This document shows, in pieces, positions 20,115-30,351 of a stretch of 64,000 nt of DNA (positions within the stretch are counted from its first letter, which is position 1; every line of letters starts with the position of its first letter). The notes under the pieces are model-generated. The model saw only the letters and a list, made by a program, of their open reading frames with translations. It did not search any database and was not told the origin of the DNA. The stretch is from an uncultured Collinsella sp. (lineage in GTDB: Bacteria > Actinomycetota > Coriobacteriia > Coriobacteriales > Coriobacteriaceae). The stretch covers positions 48,491-112,490 of the forward strand of contig CAJJZP010000004.1 in NCBI GenBank assembly GCA_905197665.1, written 5' to 3'. A program made the translations under genes and the position numbers.

Positions 20115-21578
20115 CTACTCGTCGCGTTTCTCCTCGTGGCGAGCAGCGGCACGGGCATCGTGAATGCCCTTGATGGCGGCATGGCGGGCGGTGCGGGCGT
20201 CGTGCACGGCGTCGCGGGCCTCGGCGGCCGTTGCCTTGGCAGAGCGCAGCTTGGCCGCCAGGTCGGGATTGGTCTCGGCAACTGCGGCGATCGTGGGGCC
20301 GTCGAGCTCTTCTTGCGTGGGCTCGGCCAAAAAGTCGATGGCATACTGAGCGGCTACCATGGAGCCCTTGGCGAGTACGCTCTCGTCGATCTTGTAGAAG
20401 CAGGAGTGCTGGGCATAGGTGGCGCCAATCTGGGGGTTGCGCGTGCCAACAAAGGCGAGCACGCCCGGCACACGGCGCAGGTACTCCGAGAAGTCCTCGC
20501 CCGAAAGCGTGCCGCGGTAATGGCCCTCGCCCGCGGGGCCCAGGCACTTGAGCACAGCTTGGCGGCAGCGCTCGCTCGAGGCGGCATCGTTTTCGACCTT
20601 GTAGTTGGCGATGGTGTAGTCGGTGAGTTCGGCCTCGGCGCCCAGGGCCGCCGCAGTGTGCTCCACGATGCGGCGCATAAGCTCGGGCATCTCCTCATGC
20701 GTCTTGTCACCATAGGTGCGCACCGTGCCGGCGAGGTATGCCGTGCCGGCGATAACGTTGCGCGCGGTGCCGCCGTGCAGTTCGCCGACGGTGATGACGG
20801 CGGGTTCGTAGGGGCTAATCTCGCGCGAGACGATGGTCTGCAGGGCGTTGACGATTTCGGCGGCAACCATAACGGCGTCGTGGCCGCGCTGGGGCATGGC
20901 GCCATGGCACGAGGTGCCGCGGACGTCGATGCGGAACCAGTCGGTGTTTGCCATGCGCGGACCGGGCTCGCAGCTCACGGTGCCGGCATCGACCTCGCTC
21001 CAGATGTGCGCGGCATAGGCACCGTCGACGCCATCGAGTACGCCCGTGCCGATCATGAGCTTGGCACCCTGGCCGTTTTCCTCGCTGGGCTGGAAAACGA
21101 TGCGAATCTCGCCGTGGATGTCATCGGTCATGTGGCGCAGAATCTGCAACGTGCCGAGCATCATGGCGATATGGCAGTCGTGGCCGCAGGCGTGCATGCA
21201 GCCCTCGTTGACGCTGGCGAACTCCTCGCCGGTCTGCTCGGTGACGGGCAGGGCGTCGATGTCGGCGCGCAGCAGGATACGGCGGCGCGGCGTGCCGTCC
21301 TCGCGGTAGGCATCGGGCGCGGTGCCGCGGAGTGTCGCCACCAGGCCCGTCTTGAGTGGACGCTCGTAGGGGATATTCATGGCGTCGAGCTGGTTGGCGA
21401 TGTCGGAAGTCGTGCGCTCCTCGGCAAGGCTCAGCTCCGGGTGCTTATGGAAGTGCCGGCGCTGCTTGATGATGTAGGGTTCAAACTCGGCGGCGATATC
21501 ATGGATGGCCGCGGTGACGTCGTCTGCCGCGCGAACCTCGGTTGCCGCCATAATCTGCTGTGCCTTGGTCTTCGTCAT
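20115..21578 (-). CDS. M20 (HipO/AbgB-like) amidohydrolase
   Basis: RRHFHKHPEL, RADIDALP, MHACGHD, FQPSEE, HGAMP and EDFS motifs; AAGGAG RBS before ATG 21578. Confidence 0.9.
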   Translation of the reverse strand: MTKTKAQQIMAATEVRAADDVTAAIHDIAAEFEPYIIKQRRHFHKHPELSLAEERTTSDIANQLDAMNIPYERPLKTGLVATLRGTAPDAYREDGTPRRRILLRADIDALPVTEQTGEEFASVNEGCMHACGHDCHIAMMLGTLQILRHMTDDIHGEIRIVFQPSEENGQGAKLMIGTGVLDGVDGAYAAHIWSEVDAGTVSCEPGPRMANTDWFRIDVRGTSCHGAMPQRGHDAVMVAAEIVNALQTIVSREISPYEPAVITVGELHGGTARNVIAGTAYLAGTVRTYGDKTHEEMPELMRRIVEHTAAALGAEAELTDYTIANYKVENDAASSERCRQAVLKCLGPAGEGHYRGTLSGEDFSEYLRRVPGVLAFVGTRNPQIGATYAQHSCFYKIDESVLAKGSMVAAQYAIDFLAEPTQEELDGPTIAAVAETNPDLAAKLRSAKATAAEARDAVHDARTARHAAIKGIHDARAAARHEEKRDE

Positions 21579-21746
21579 GGTCGATTTGCTCCTTGCTGGC
21601 TCGATCGCAAAATCGTACAGGCTCTCTCCAGTATGCCACCTGCCGCTAGGGCTGGTAAAGTTGCCGTTTGCCGCTTGGGGTTTTGTTGCAAGGGCGGGGG
21701 AGTACACTCGGGGGTGTTGAATTACCTGCCAGAGATGGGGATGCTC

Positions 21747-23384
21747 ATGCAGCATATCGATCGGATTATCCGCTCCAAGAACGTTTTTACCGCCCAAGAC
21801 GGTATCGATACCGCCCGCGAGCTGGCGATCGCCATCGCGGGTGATCGCATCGTCGCAGTCGGCGCGCCCGATGACGTGATTGACGCCGCACCTGCCGCCA
21901 CGCCGGTGGTCGATTACGGCGAGCAGTTTGTCTGCCCCGGTTTCCACGATGCGCACCTGCATTTCTTCCATACTTCGGTTGGCTCCTCGCCGTACATGCT
22001 CATGGATATGGGCACGTCCGAGGCAGCATTGGTGCAGCATGCGCTCGAGTTTTCCAAAGGCTTGCCAGATGACGCCTGGGTCGTGACCCAGGGTTGGCGC
22101 GATTACCGCTGGGATCCGCCCGAGCACCCTACCAAGGCCTCCCTCGATGCGGCATTTCCCGATCGTCCCTGCGTTATGTACTCGGGCGACGGGCACACGC
22201 TGTGGCTCAACAGCCGCGCACTCGAGGCGCTCGGCGTTACGCGCGACAGCGAGCCTCCGGCGGGTGGCAGTTACGACAAAGACTCAAACGGTGAGCTTAC
22301 GGGTATCGCTCACGAGGCTGCGGCCATGCAGCTGCTGCCGCGCTGCCTGGAGTGGCTGGGCGAGGACCGCATCGCGAGCGCATACGCCGACCAGATGAAG
22401 CGTATGGCCGAGCAAGGCATTACCTCAATCTGCGATATGTCGCTCATGCCCATGCCAGGCTGCGACTTTATTCGCGACGATGTTTACGACAAGCTGCAGG
22501 CCGCCGGCAAGCTGGGCATCCGCGCCCATCTGTTTCCCACGCTGCTGGATGACCAATCGCGCTTGGAAGAACTCCAGACCCGCTACGCGAACAACGCGCT
22601 GCTCTCGGCGCCAGGCTTTAAACAGTTCTTCGACGGCGTGTCGAGCGAGCATACCGCATACCTCACTGATCCCTATACCAATCCACGCTTCCCGGGCGAT
22701 CAGGGTCGCCTGACGGTTCCTGTCGAGCGCATGCGCAAGTTGGTTCTGGCGGCAGCCGAGCGCGGCCACACCGTGCGCATCCACGTTATCGGCGACGGCG
22801 CCATCCATGCTGCGCTCGATATCTTTGAGGAGGCGGCAGAGCTCTACGGCTTGCCCCAGCACGGCCACAATACGCTTGAGCACCTGGAGAATCTGCTGCC
22901 TCAGGACATCGATCGTCTGCGCAAGCTCAACGTCATTGCCTCGAGCCAGCCTTGCCACATCACGCTCGACCCGGGTGGCCCGGAGCGCGACCTGGGCCTG
23001 GAACGCAGCCGCATCATGTGGCCGTTCGCAACTTATCAGCAGCGCGGTATCCGTCAAGCTTTCGGTACCGACAGCCCCATCACGGCCGTTACCAGCATGA
23101 ACGTGCTCTACACGGCTATCACGCGCCAAGATCCCCGCAGCCACTGGCCCGAGGGCGGCTGGCTGCCGAGCGAGCGTATCGACGCGGCAACGGCCCTGCG
23201 CAGCTACACGCTTGGCAGCGCGTACGCAGCGGGCGACGAGCAAAACCTCGGCAGCCTGGAACCCGGCAAATACGCCGACCTGGTAGTCCTGGACCGAAAC
23301 CTGCTCACCGTTGACCCCCAAGAGCTCCAGGCCACCAAGGTTCAGGCCACCTACCTGGCGGGCAACTTAATCTACGAGCGCTAA
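21747..23384 (+). CDS. Amidohydrolase_3 family (YtcJ/NfdA-like) metallo-amidohydrolase
   Basis: PGFHDAHLH, GHTLWLNSRAL, K.FFDG, HVIGD, EH, FGTDSP and GSLEPGKYADLVVLD motifs. Confidence 0.9.
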   Translation: MQHIDRIIRSKNVFTAQDGIDTARELAIAIAGDRIVAVGAPDDVIDAAPAATPVVDYGEQFVCPGFHDAHLHFFHTSVGSSPYMLMDMGTSEAALVQHALEFSKGLPDDAWVVTQGWRDYRWDPPEHPTKASLDAAFPDRPCVMYSGDGHTLWLNSRALEALGVTRDSEPPAGGSYDKDSNGELTGIAHEAAAMQLLPRCLEWLGEDRIASAYADQMKRMAEQGITSICDMSLMPMPGCDFIRDDVYDKLQAAGKLGIRAHLFPTLLDDQSRLEELQTRYANNALLSAPGFKQFFDGVSSEHTAYLTDPYTNPRFPGDQGRLTVPVERMRKLVLAAAERGHTVRIHVIGDGAIHAALDIFEEAAELYGLPQHGHNTLEHLENLLPQDIDRLRKLNVIASSQPCHITLDPGGPERDLGLERSRIMWPFATYQQRGIRQAFGTDSPITAVTSMNVLYTAITRQDPRSHWPEGGWLPSERIDAATALRSYTLGSAYAAGDEQNLGSLEPGKYADLVVLDRNLLTVDPQELQATKVQATYLAGNLIYER

Positions 23385-23988
23385 TATTCATGCCGTACCG
23401 TTAAACGCGGCTCGGGCAGCCTATTTTGGGATGGCGCTCGAGCCGCGTTTGTTTGCCGATGGGGGTTCGTTAGGAGCGTCCCCTCTCTGCTGGATTTGGG
23501 CGCAGGGTGGAAGCGCTGCTGCTCCGCGCGCTCAATTGGGACATCAGCGATGCTTTCTCTTAGCGTTTTGCATACTTCCAGTTGCAAATTGCAAAAAAAG
23601 TTGAGATGTTCTTTCCGGTCCTGATGTACCCCCGCCTGGGCCGTGCAAAAAATGGAGTATTCAGCACCGTGAGCTCTGCCGGTGCCGCTGCAGTCGGGTG
23701 GCATTGCGGAGATCGACGTCATTTTGGGGTCCGGTGCGGCGCGAGGCACGCTTTTTTGTCCTGACGGGGTTTGCCCGTCGACCCAAATCGCCGGTCAAAG
23801 GTGTTCTTGGGACCAATATGGTGTGTCCGGCGCGTATGCAGCCGTCCTGGCCTGCTGAAAACTCCCAAAAATGCACGCTGCTCCCCAGGGGACCCGTGCG
23901 AGCGGCGAAAACCATGCCCAAGTCGCTGCCCGCATCGCCATTTTGCTGCACTGACTTTTCTGAATACCGGGCCCGAGATTGGTCAACC

Positions 23989-26052
23989 CTAGGCTCCCGG
24001 AGCTGCGTTGGGGTCGGTTTCGTTGGCGGCCGCCTGCTTATGGGTGGCAAAGACCGAGCCTTCGTGGTCGAAGAGCTTACGATATTGCATGCGGTCCAGG
24101 CGATCGCGCGCATTAGCGGTCTTGGCGGGAACGTTCTTGGCCTCGGCTGTATACCAAACGCCGTGCGCATCCTGCGCCCCCACCACGTTTATCGCCGGCA
24201 TGTGCGCTCGGTTTTGCAAGCGTGCGCGTTGGTAGGCGGTGAGCGGGGCACCGATGGCATTGAGTGCGAGTGCACCGACGTTATTGATGCTTGTGTTGAG
24301 TTCCCCACTCGTTTGTGCGTTGCCGGCGACATCGTAGTTCGCCCAGACCACATAGCGCGTCTGCCAGATGCGCTCGGTATGGGTGGCATCGTCCTCATCG
24401 GTAAAGTAGAGGTCGTTGTAGCGGTCGGTGAAGAACGGCTGGTGGTCGCCGTACATCACCACGACGACGGGGCGGTCGAGATCGCGCAGCTTTTCCAGGA
24501 AGGCGGCGAAGGCGGCATCGGACGCTTCCATGAGCGAGCAGTATTCATTGGTCCAGGTGATAACTTTGTCGGACACACCTTCGACGGCAAGGTGCAGTTG
24601 CTGGTCGGTGGGCACCAAGCCCGTGTCATAGGCGGAGTGGTTTTGCATCGTCACGTCGTGGATGAAGATCGGCTGGTCGCTCTGCTTTAGTACCTCGAGG
24701 CACTTGTCGTAGGTGGCGGCGTCGGTGACCTTGCGGCAGAGCTCGGGTGCGCCGGCGAAGTCCTCGATCGAGAGGAACTCGTCGAATCCCATGTCCGCGA
24801 AGACGTTCTCGCGATTCCAGTTGGTGGCGTGGTTGGGGTGCATGGCCACGGTGCGATAGCCGAGTCTCTTGAACTGACGGGCGAGGTTCTCGCTCGGGGC
24901 CAGGTTGTAGGTCATGAACGGGTAGACGCCAGCGCCCAGGAATGCCATGGAGTGTCCGGTTAAGAACTCGAACTCGCTGTTACAGGTGCCGGCACCGAAG
25001 GCGCTCATGTAGCTCACTCCCTGCAGAAGCGCGTTGTCGATGGCTTTGAAGCGCTCGGGCCCCTTATAGCCACAGCCCAGTTCGTTAAAGATTGAAAGGT
25101 CGGCGAAGGACTCGTTCATGATGCAGATGACTGAGGGCTTGAGCTGGTCAAACTGTTCGACGGCAGCGGCACGGGAGGGGTCGGCGATGCCGTTCGTGCC
25201 CGCGTTCCAGCGCGCGGCAAGGCGCTTGATGATCGCCGAGGCCTCACCGCTCTTGTAGTGCTTGGGTTTAGGCGGCACCATTTTTTGCGCGCTCGAAATG
25301 AAGGTGGGGAGAAACCCCTGACTGTAATAGCTTTCGAGGGGCTTCCAGGTATGAAGCTTGATGCCCAAGGTGTCGTAATAGCTGATGAAGGCCTGCGCCC
25401 CCAGCACGGCTCCGGCAACAAGTGCGGTACGACGGTCGACGGAGAGGGGGAGCTTGGATTTGGTTGCGACTGGATGCTCCCTCGGCGCTGTCGATGTCCC
25501 CTCGGTTGCCGGAGACGCCTTTGGGTCCATCGATTTCAAGGACGCAGACATCGCATGGTCGATGGGCTCGGGGGACGTTTCCGATGCGCGGCGCGGCGGT
25601 CGCCCACATGCATCACGCGGAATGAGGACGATAAGCGCGATTCCCAAGGCCGCGGCGGCAAGCCCCATGAAGCAGAAAGTGCTGAGCTCATAGGTGTAGC
25701 TGCCGGCGACCGTCGCAGCGGTCGAGAGGGCGAACAGGTCTCCGGGTTGGATGGGCATCGATTTGAACGTGATTACGAAGTACTCGGCGATACCGATGCT
25801 GGCGAGCGCAGCGATGCCCACGATTGCGGGGGTCTTACGGCGGTGCGGCAGATAGAACAACAGGCACAAGAAGCAGAAGATGAGCAAAAGCTCTAAAAGT
25901 GCCGGTCCGGCCTGCATCTTCCATAGTTCATGGTTGGAGGGCAGCTCGAGGGCGAGCATCGAGCATATCGATGCGCCGCCGATCGTTGCCAGCGTACGGG
26001 GGTAGGGATGGTCGGTCATCCAGCTTTTCAGATCCTTCATGCTCATCTTCAT
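23989..26052 (-). CDS. LTA synthase (LtaS-like) / alkaline phosphatase-superfamily membrane protein
   Basis: N-terminal TM helices; IMNESF, GAGTCNSEFEFLTG (catalytic Thr), WNR, TMQNH and YGDHQP motifs. Confidence 0.88.
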   Translation of the reverse strand: MKMSMKDLKSWMTDHPYPRTLATIGGASICSMLALELPSNHELWKMQAGPALLELLLIFCFLCLLFYLPHRRKTPAIVGIAALASIGIAEYFVITFKSMPIQPGDLFALSTAATVAGSYTYELSTFCFMGLAAAALGIALIVLIPRDACGRPPRRASETSPEPIDHAMSASLKSMDPKASPATEGTSTAPREHPVATKSKLPLSVDRRTALVAGAVLGAQAFISYYDTLGIKLHTWKPLESYYSQGFLPTFISSAQKMVPPKPKHYKSGEASAIIKRLAARWNAGTNGIADPSRAAAVEQFDQLKPSVICIMNESFADLSIFNELGCGYKGPERFKAIDNALLQGVSYMSAFGAGTCNSEFEFLTGHSMAFLGAGVYPFMTYNLAPSENLARQFKRLGYRTVAMHPNHATNWNRENVFADMGFDEFLSIEDFAGAPELCRKVTDAATYDKCLEVLKQSDQPIFIHDVTMQNHSAYDTGLVPTDQQLHLAVEGVSDKVITWTNEYCSLMEASDAAFAAFLEKLRDLDRPVVVVMYGDHQPFFTDRYNDLYFTDEDDATHTERIWQTRYVVWANYDVAGNAQTSGELNTSINNVGALALNAIGAPLTAYQRARLQNRAHMPAINVVGAQDAHGVWYTAEAKNVPAKTANARDRLDRMQYRKLFDHEGSVFATHKQAAANETDPNAAPGA

Positions 26053-26070
26053 CGTCTCTGTTCCTTACTC

Positions 26071-26306
26071 CTAGTTCAGCGTCTTCACGAGCTTCTCCAG
26101 GTTGTCGTTCATGATGGGTGGGTAATCCTCGCCGGCTTTAAGCTGTTTGTCAGTGAGCCCCTCGACGGGGTCGAGCTGGACGCATTGTCGTCAGAAGCGG
26201 CGAGAGCAAAGACCGCACTTAAAAGGGGCATATATGCCGCCGCCATGGGGCCACGGTGACGAATAGGACGCCGCTTGGGATGGCGACGGTAGATTCGGTT
26301 GTCCAT
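26071..26306 (-). pseudogene. Remnant of a ZnuA/AdcA-like metal ABC transporter substrate-binding protein
   Basis: 26187-26071 translates to QCVQLDPVEGLTDKQLKAGEDYPPIMNDNLEKLVKTLN*, typical of AdcA/ZnuA C-termini. The strong-RBS start MDNRIYRR at 26306 is in a different frame. Confidence 0.7.
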
Positions 26307-26323
26307 AGATTGCTCCTGAATTG

Positions 26324-26353
26324 AAAACGGCTGCGTCGGGGTGCCGACGGCCG
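26324..26353 (-). terminator. Terminator/attenuator-like hairpin between the micro-protein and the downstream RBS
   Basis: Minus strand cggccgtcgg-cacc-ccgacgcagccg-tttt. Confidence 0.5.
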
Positions 26354-26404
26354 AAGGCGATGCCGCTGTGGCACGCGGTAGCTATTTGATTCAATTGGGA
26401 GCCG

Positions 26405-26773
26405 TTAATCGTCCAGACGGACCCTGAGGGATAATAGGGTGACCGGGGCATATGAAGATCGCTCGGTGCCGATGACGGCTAGGGCGGAGATCAGCAAGAG
26501 GGTGATGAACGATGTCGCGCCCACGGGGACGGTGTCACCGCCACGGGCGATCGACAGATTGCCGGCGAGCTCGGCGCAGATGGTGCAGCCCGCGCCGGTG
26601 CAGTCATGATGCAACTCATGGGCGGTTGCGATGGGGGAGAGGATGGTTACCGCGAGAAGGGCGAAGACGAGAGCCAGGGCGAGCAGGCGAGTGCGAACGG
26701 GCGGCATGGAGTCGCGTGCATCGCGATTCGGTGCTATATCTCGCCATGCCGAGGTGCTCAGCTCATCAGTCAT
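26405..26773 (-). CDS. Small membrane protein with H-x2-HHDC-x4-C-x2-C motif (DUF2946-like candidate metal-responsive leader)
   Basis: 122 aa, AAGGGAGG RBS; TM helix, AHELHHDCTGAGCTIC, second hydrophobic segment, C-terminal TLLSLRVRLDD. Confidence 0.7.
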   Translation of the reverse strand: MTDELSTSAWRDIAPNRDARDSMPPVRTRLLALALVFALLAVTILSPIATAHELHHDCTGAGCTICAELAGNLSIARGGDTVPVGATSFITLLLISALAVIGTERSSYAPVTLLSLRVRLDD

Positions 26774-26815
26774 CTGCCCTCCCTTCCTCTCATCTGGGCA
26801 TATTTCATCTGGAGG

Positions 26816-26843
26816 ATTGTAGTCTTGAGAAGCTGATTCACAA
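26816..26843 (-). promoter_or_regulatory. Candidate promoter overlapped by an imperfect palindrome
   Basis: Minus strand TTGTGA-N16-TACAAT; palindrome ttgagaa-gctga-ttcacaa at 26825-26843. Confidence 0.45.
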
Positions 26844-26955
26844 AGTTGCCGCGCTAAAACTTCATGCTTTCCGGTCCGCCTTGGGGCTGCGCATAAGTTA
26901 TCCTCCGACATTCAGAAAATCTAAGTGCCAAAAAATAAGATTTTTTGACTCTGTG

Positions 26956-26984
26956 TTGTATAACCCGCCATTCGTGGGTACCAT
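26956..26984 (+). promoter_or_regulatory. Candidate sigma-70-type promoter of groESL
   Basis: TTGTAT-N17-TACCAT. Confidence 0.5.
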
Positions 26985-27056
26985 TCAACGCGTACGCAAA
27001 CAAAAAGGGTTAACCCGCGCGGCATGACCGCGCGGCCCACAAAGGAGGAAACAAGC

Positions 27057-27350
27057 ATGTCGTCTTTGAAGCCGCTTGCAGATCGCGTCCTGGTCAAGCC
27101 CGACGAGGCCGAGCAGAAGACCGCTTCTGGTCTGTACATCGCCAGCAACGCTCAGGAGAAGCCGCAGCGCGGCACCATCGTTGCCGTGGGTGCCGGTAAG
27201 GTCAACGACAAGGGCGAGCGCATCCCCATGGACGTTCAGGTCGGCGACGTTGTCATTTACGGTAAGTTTGGTGGCAACGAGGTCAAGGTCGACGGCGAGA
27301 AGTATCTGCTCATGCGCGCCGACGACATCTACGCCGTCGTCGAGGCCTAG
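27057..27350 (+). CDS. groES: Co-chaperonin GroES
   Basis: LKPLADRVLV, TASGLYI and EKPQRG motifs; AAGGAGG RBS. Confidence 0.97.
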   Translation: MSSLKPLADRVLVKPDEAEQKTASGLYIASNAQEKPQRGTIVAVGAGKVNDKGERIPMDVQVGDVVIYGKFGGNEVKVDGEKYLLMRADDIYAVVEA

Positions 27351-27368
27351 TCTCGTCAGAATCTCTGA

Positions 27369-29084
<1,716 letters not shown>

Positions 29085-29110
29085 GGCCGACAAGGTCTAG
29101 AACTCCCACC

Positions 29111-29257
29111 GGGAATCCGGGGGCGTGACGGGGGCTTCCCTCCGGAACGTCCTCGGACATGCAAAGAGGCTCCGCATCGCGCTTCGCGCTGCGGAGCCTC
29201 TTTGCGTCCAGTGCGGAATGTTCCGGAGGGAAGCCCCCGTCACGCCCCCGGATTCCC
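29111..29257. repeat. 147-bp palindrome with 38-bp perfect outer arms
   Basis: gggaatccgggggcgtgacgggggcttccctccggaac and its exact reverse complement; inner pair gcaaagaggctccgca / tgcggagcctctttgc. Confidence 0.9.
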
Positions 29258-29323
29258 TGCGTTTACGGCCTTGAGGTCGGCGGGCGGAGAAGGACGTGGT
29301 CGATAGGGATACGTGTCCCCTTC

Positions 29324-29458
29324 GCTGTTTCGCGCTTTGCGCGAAAGGCGCGCTACTTTGGGATGGATGGGGAACGTGGTTGTTGCGGTGGCTTTTCCCT
29401 TTTGCTGTTTCGCGGCTTTGCCGCGAAAAGCGCAGCACTTTGGGATGGGCGGGTACGT
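29324..29458. repeat. Two imperfect ~55-bp direct repeats, each with an internal hairpin
   Basis: gctgtttcgcg(g)ctttgc(c)gcgaaa.gcgc...actttgggatgg..ggg.acgt at ~29324 and ~29404. Confidence 0.7.
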
Positions 29459-29565
29459 TATTGTCGCGCTGCTCTGTCCCGGCCGCATTTCTAGAGCGTT
29501 TCCCCCGCCATAAATTACCCTTGGCATACTTGCGCGAAAGCCTACTGGTGCTACACTTGCAATTG

Positions 29566-29752
29566 CTGTTTCAGGGCGGGGTGAAATTCCCCACTGGCGG
29601 TAAATCGGGCGGTGCTAAAGGGGTGCCGTGGCGCAGGCGAGGTGCCTGCGGCCGAGCCGATGAGTCCGCGACCCGTGTGTGCGTTGGTTCGCATGCCGGC
29701 TGAACTGGTGAGATCCCAGTACCAACGGTTAGAGTCCGGATGAAAGAGGCAG
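29566..29752 (+). ncRNA. FMN riboswitch (RFN element)
   Basis: cagggcggggtgaaattccccactggcggta...gtccgcga...ctggtgagatcccagtaccaacggttagagtccggatgaaaga, directly upstream of an ECF S component. Confidence 0.93.
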
Positions 29753-29760
29753 GTGATCTT

Positions 29761-30351
29761 ATGTCTGAACAGTCGCAGCATATCCATTTTGAGAACACGA
29801 ATAGGTGGAGCACCAAACAGCTCGTTACCATGGCGCTGATGTGTGCCTTGGGCGCCCTGTTTATGTACGTGCAGCTGCCTATCCTTCCTTCGGCGCCGTT
29901 TTTGACGTATGACCCGTCGCTGGTGCCGGCGATGGTGTGCGGTTTTGCGTATGGTCCTGGCGCCGGTACTGCTGTTGCCGCTATGGCGATTGTTATCCAT
30001 GCGCTTACCACGGGCGATTGGGTCGGCGCACTTATGAACCTGGTTGCTACGCTGGGCTACATTCTGCCCGCGGCTATCGTGTACCAGAAGATGCATACCT
30101 ATAAGGGTGCCGTGATTGGCCTAGTGTTCGGTGTCATTGCCGCTACGGCGTTGTCTATGGTCGCAAACCTTACCATTGGCGTATGGTTCTGGTATGGCTC
30201 GGTCGATGTGATCGCCCCGCTTATGATTCCTGCCGTGCTGCCGTTCAACCTTATCAAGACCGTGCTTAACTCGGTGTTGACGCTAGCGGTGTATAAAGCA
30301 GTCTCCAACCTCATCACGCCTAAAAAGGACCAGGTCAAAGGCCGCGCATGA
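29761..30351 (+). CDS. ECF transporter S component, probably riboflavin (RibU-like)
   Basis: FLTYDPS.VPA...GF.YGP and PFNLIK motifs; follows the FMN riboswitch. Confidence 0.85.
   Translation: MSEQSQHIHFENTNRWSTKQLVTMALMCALGALFMYVQLPILPSAPFLTYDPSLVPAMVCGFAYGPGAGTAVAAMAIVIHALTTGDWVGALMNLVATLGYILPAAIVYQKMHTYKGAVIGLVFGVIAATALSMVANLTIGVWFWYGSVDVIAPLMIPAVLPFNLIKTVLNSVLTLAVYKAVSNLITPKKDQVKGRA

Noticed and set aside
20136..23384. 1082-aa plus-strand ORF and 693-aa minus-strand ORF overlapping
   Set aside because: N-terminal extensions are antisense shadows of the opposite gene. Motif-bearing regions start at 21747 (+) and 21578 (-).
23698..24690. 330-aa plus-strand ORF
   Set aside because: Mostly antisense to the LtaS-like gene; no motifs or RBS.
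26109..26306. 65-aa ORF MDNRIYRR as a functional gene
   Set aside because: Better explained as the out-of-frame start of the deleted ZnuA-like gene.
29324..29458. Possible CRISPR array
   Set aside because: Only two diverged ~55-bp units and no cas genes.
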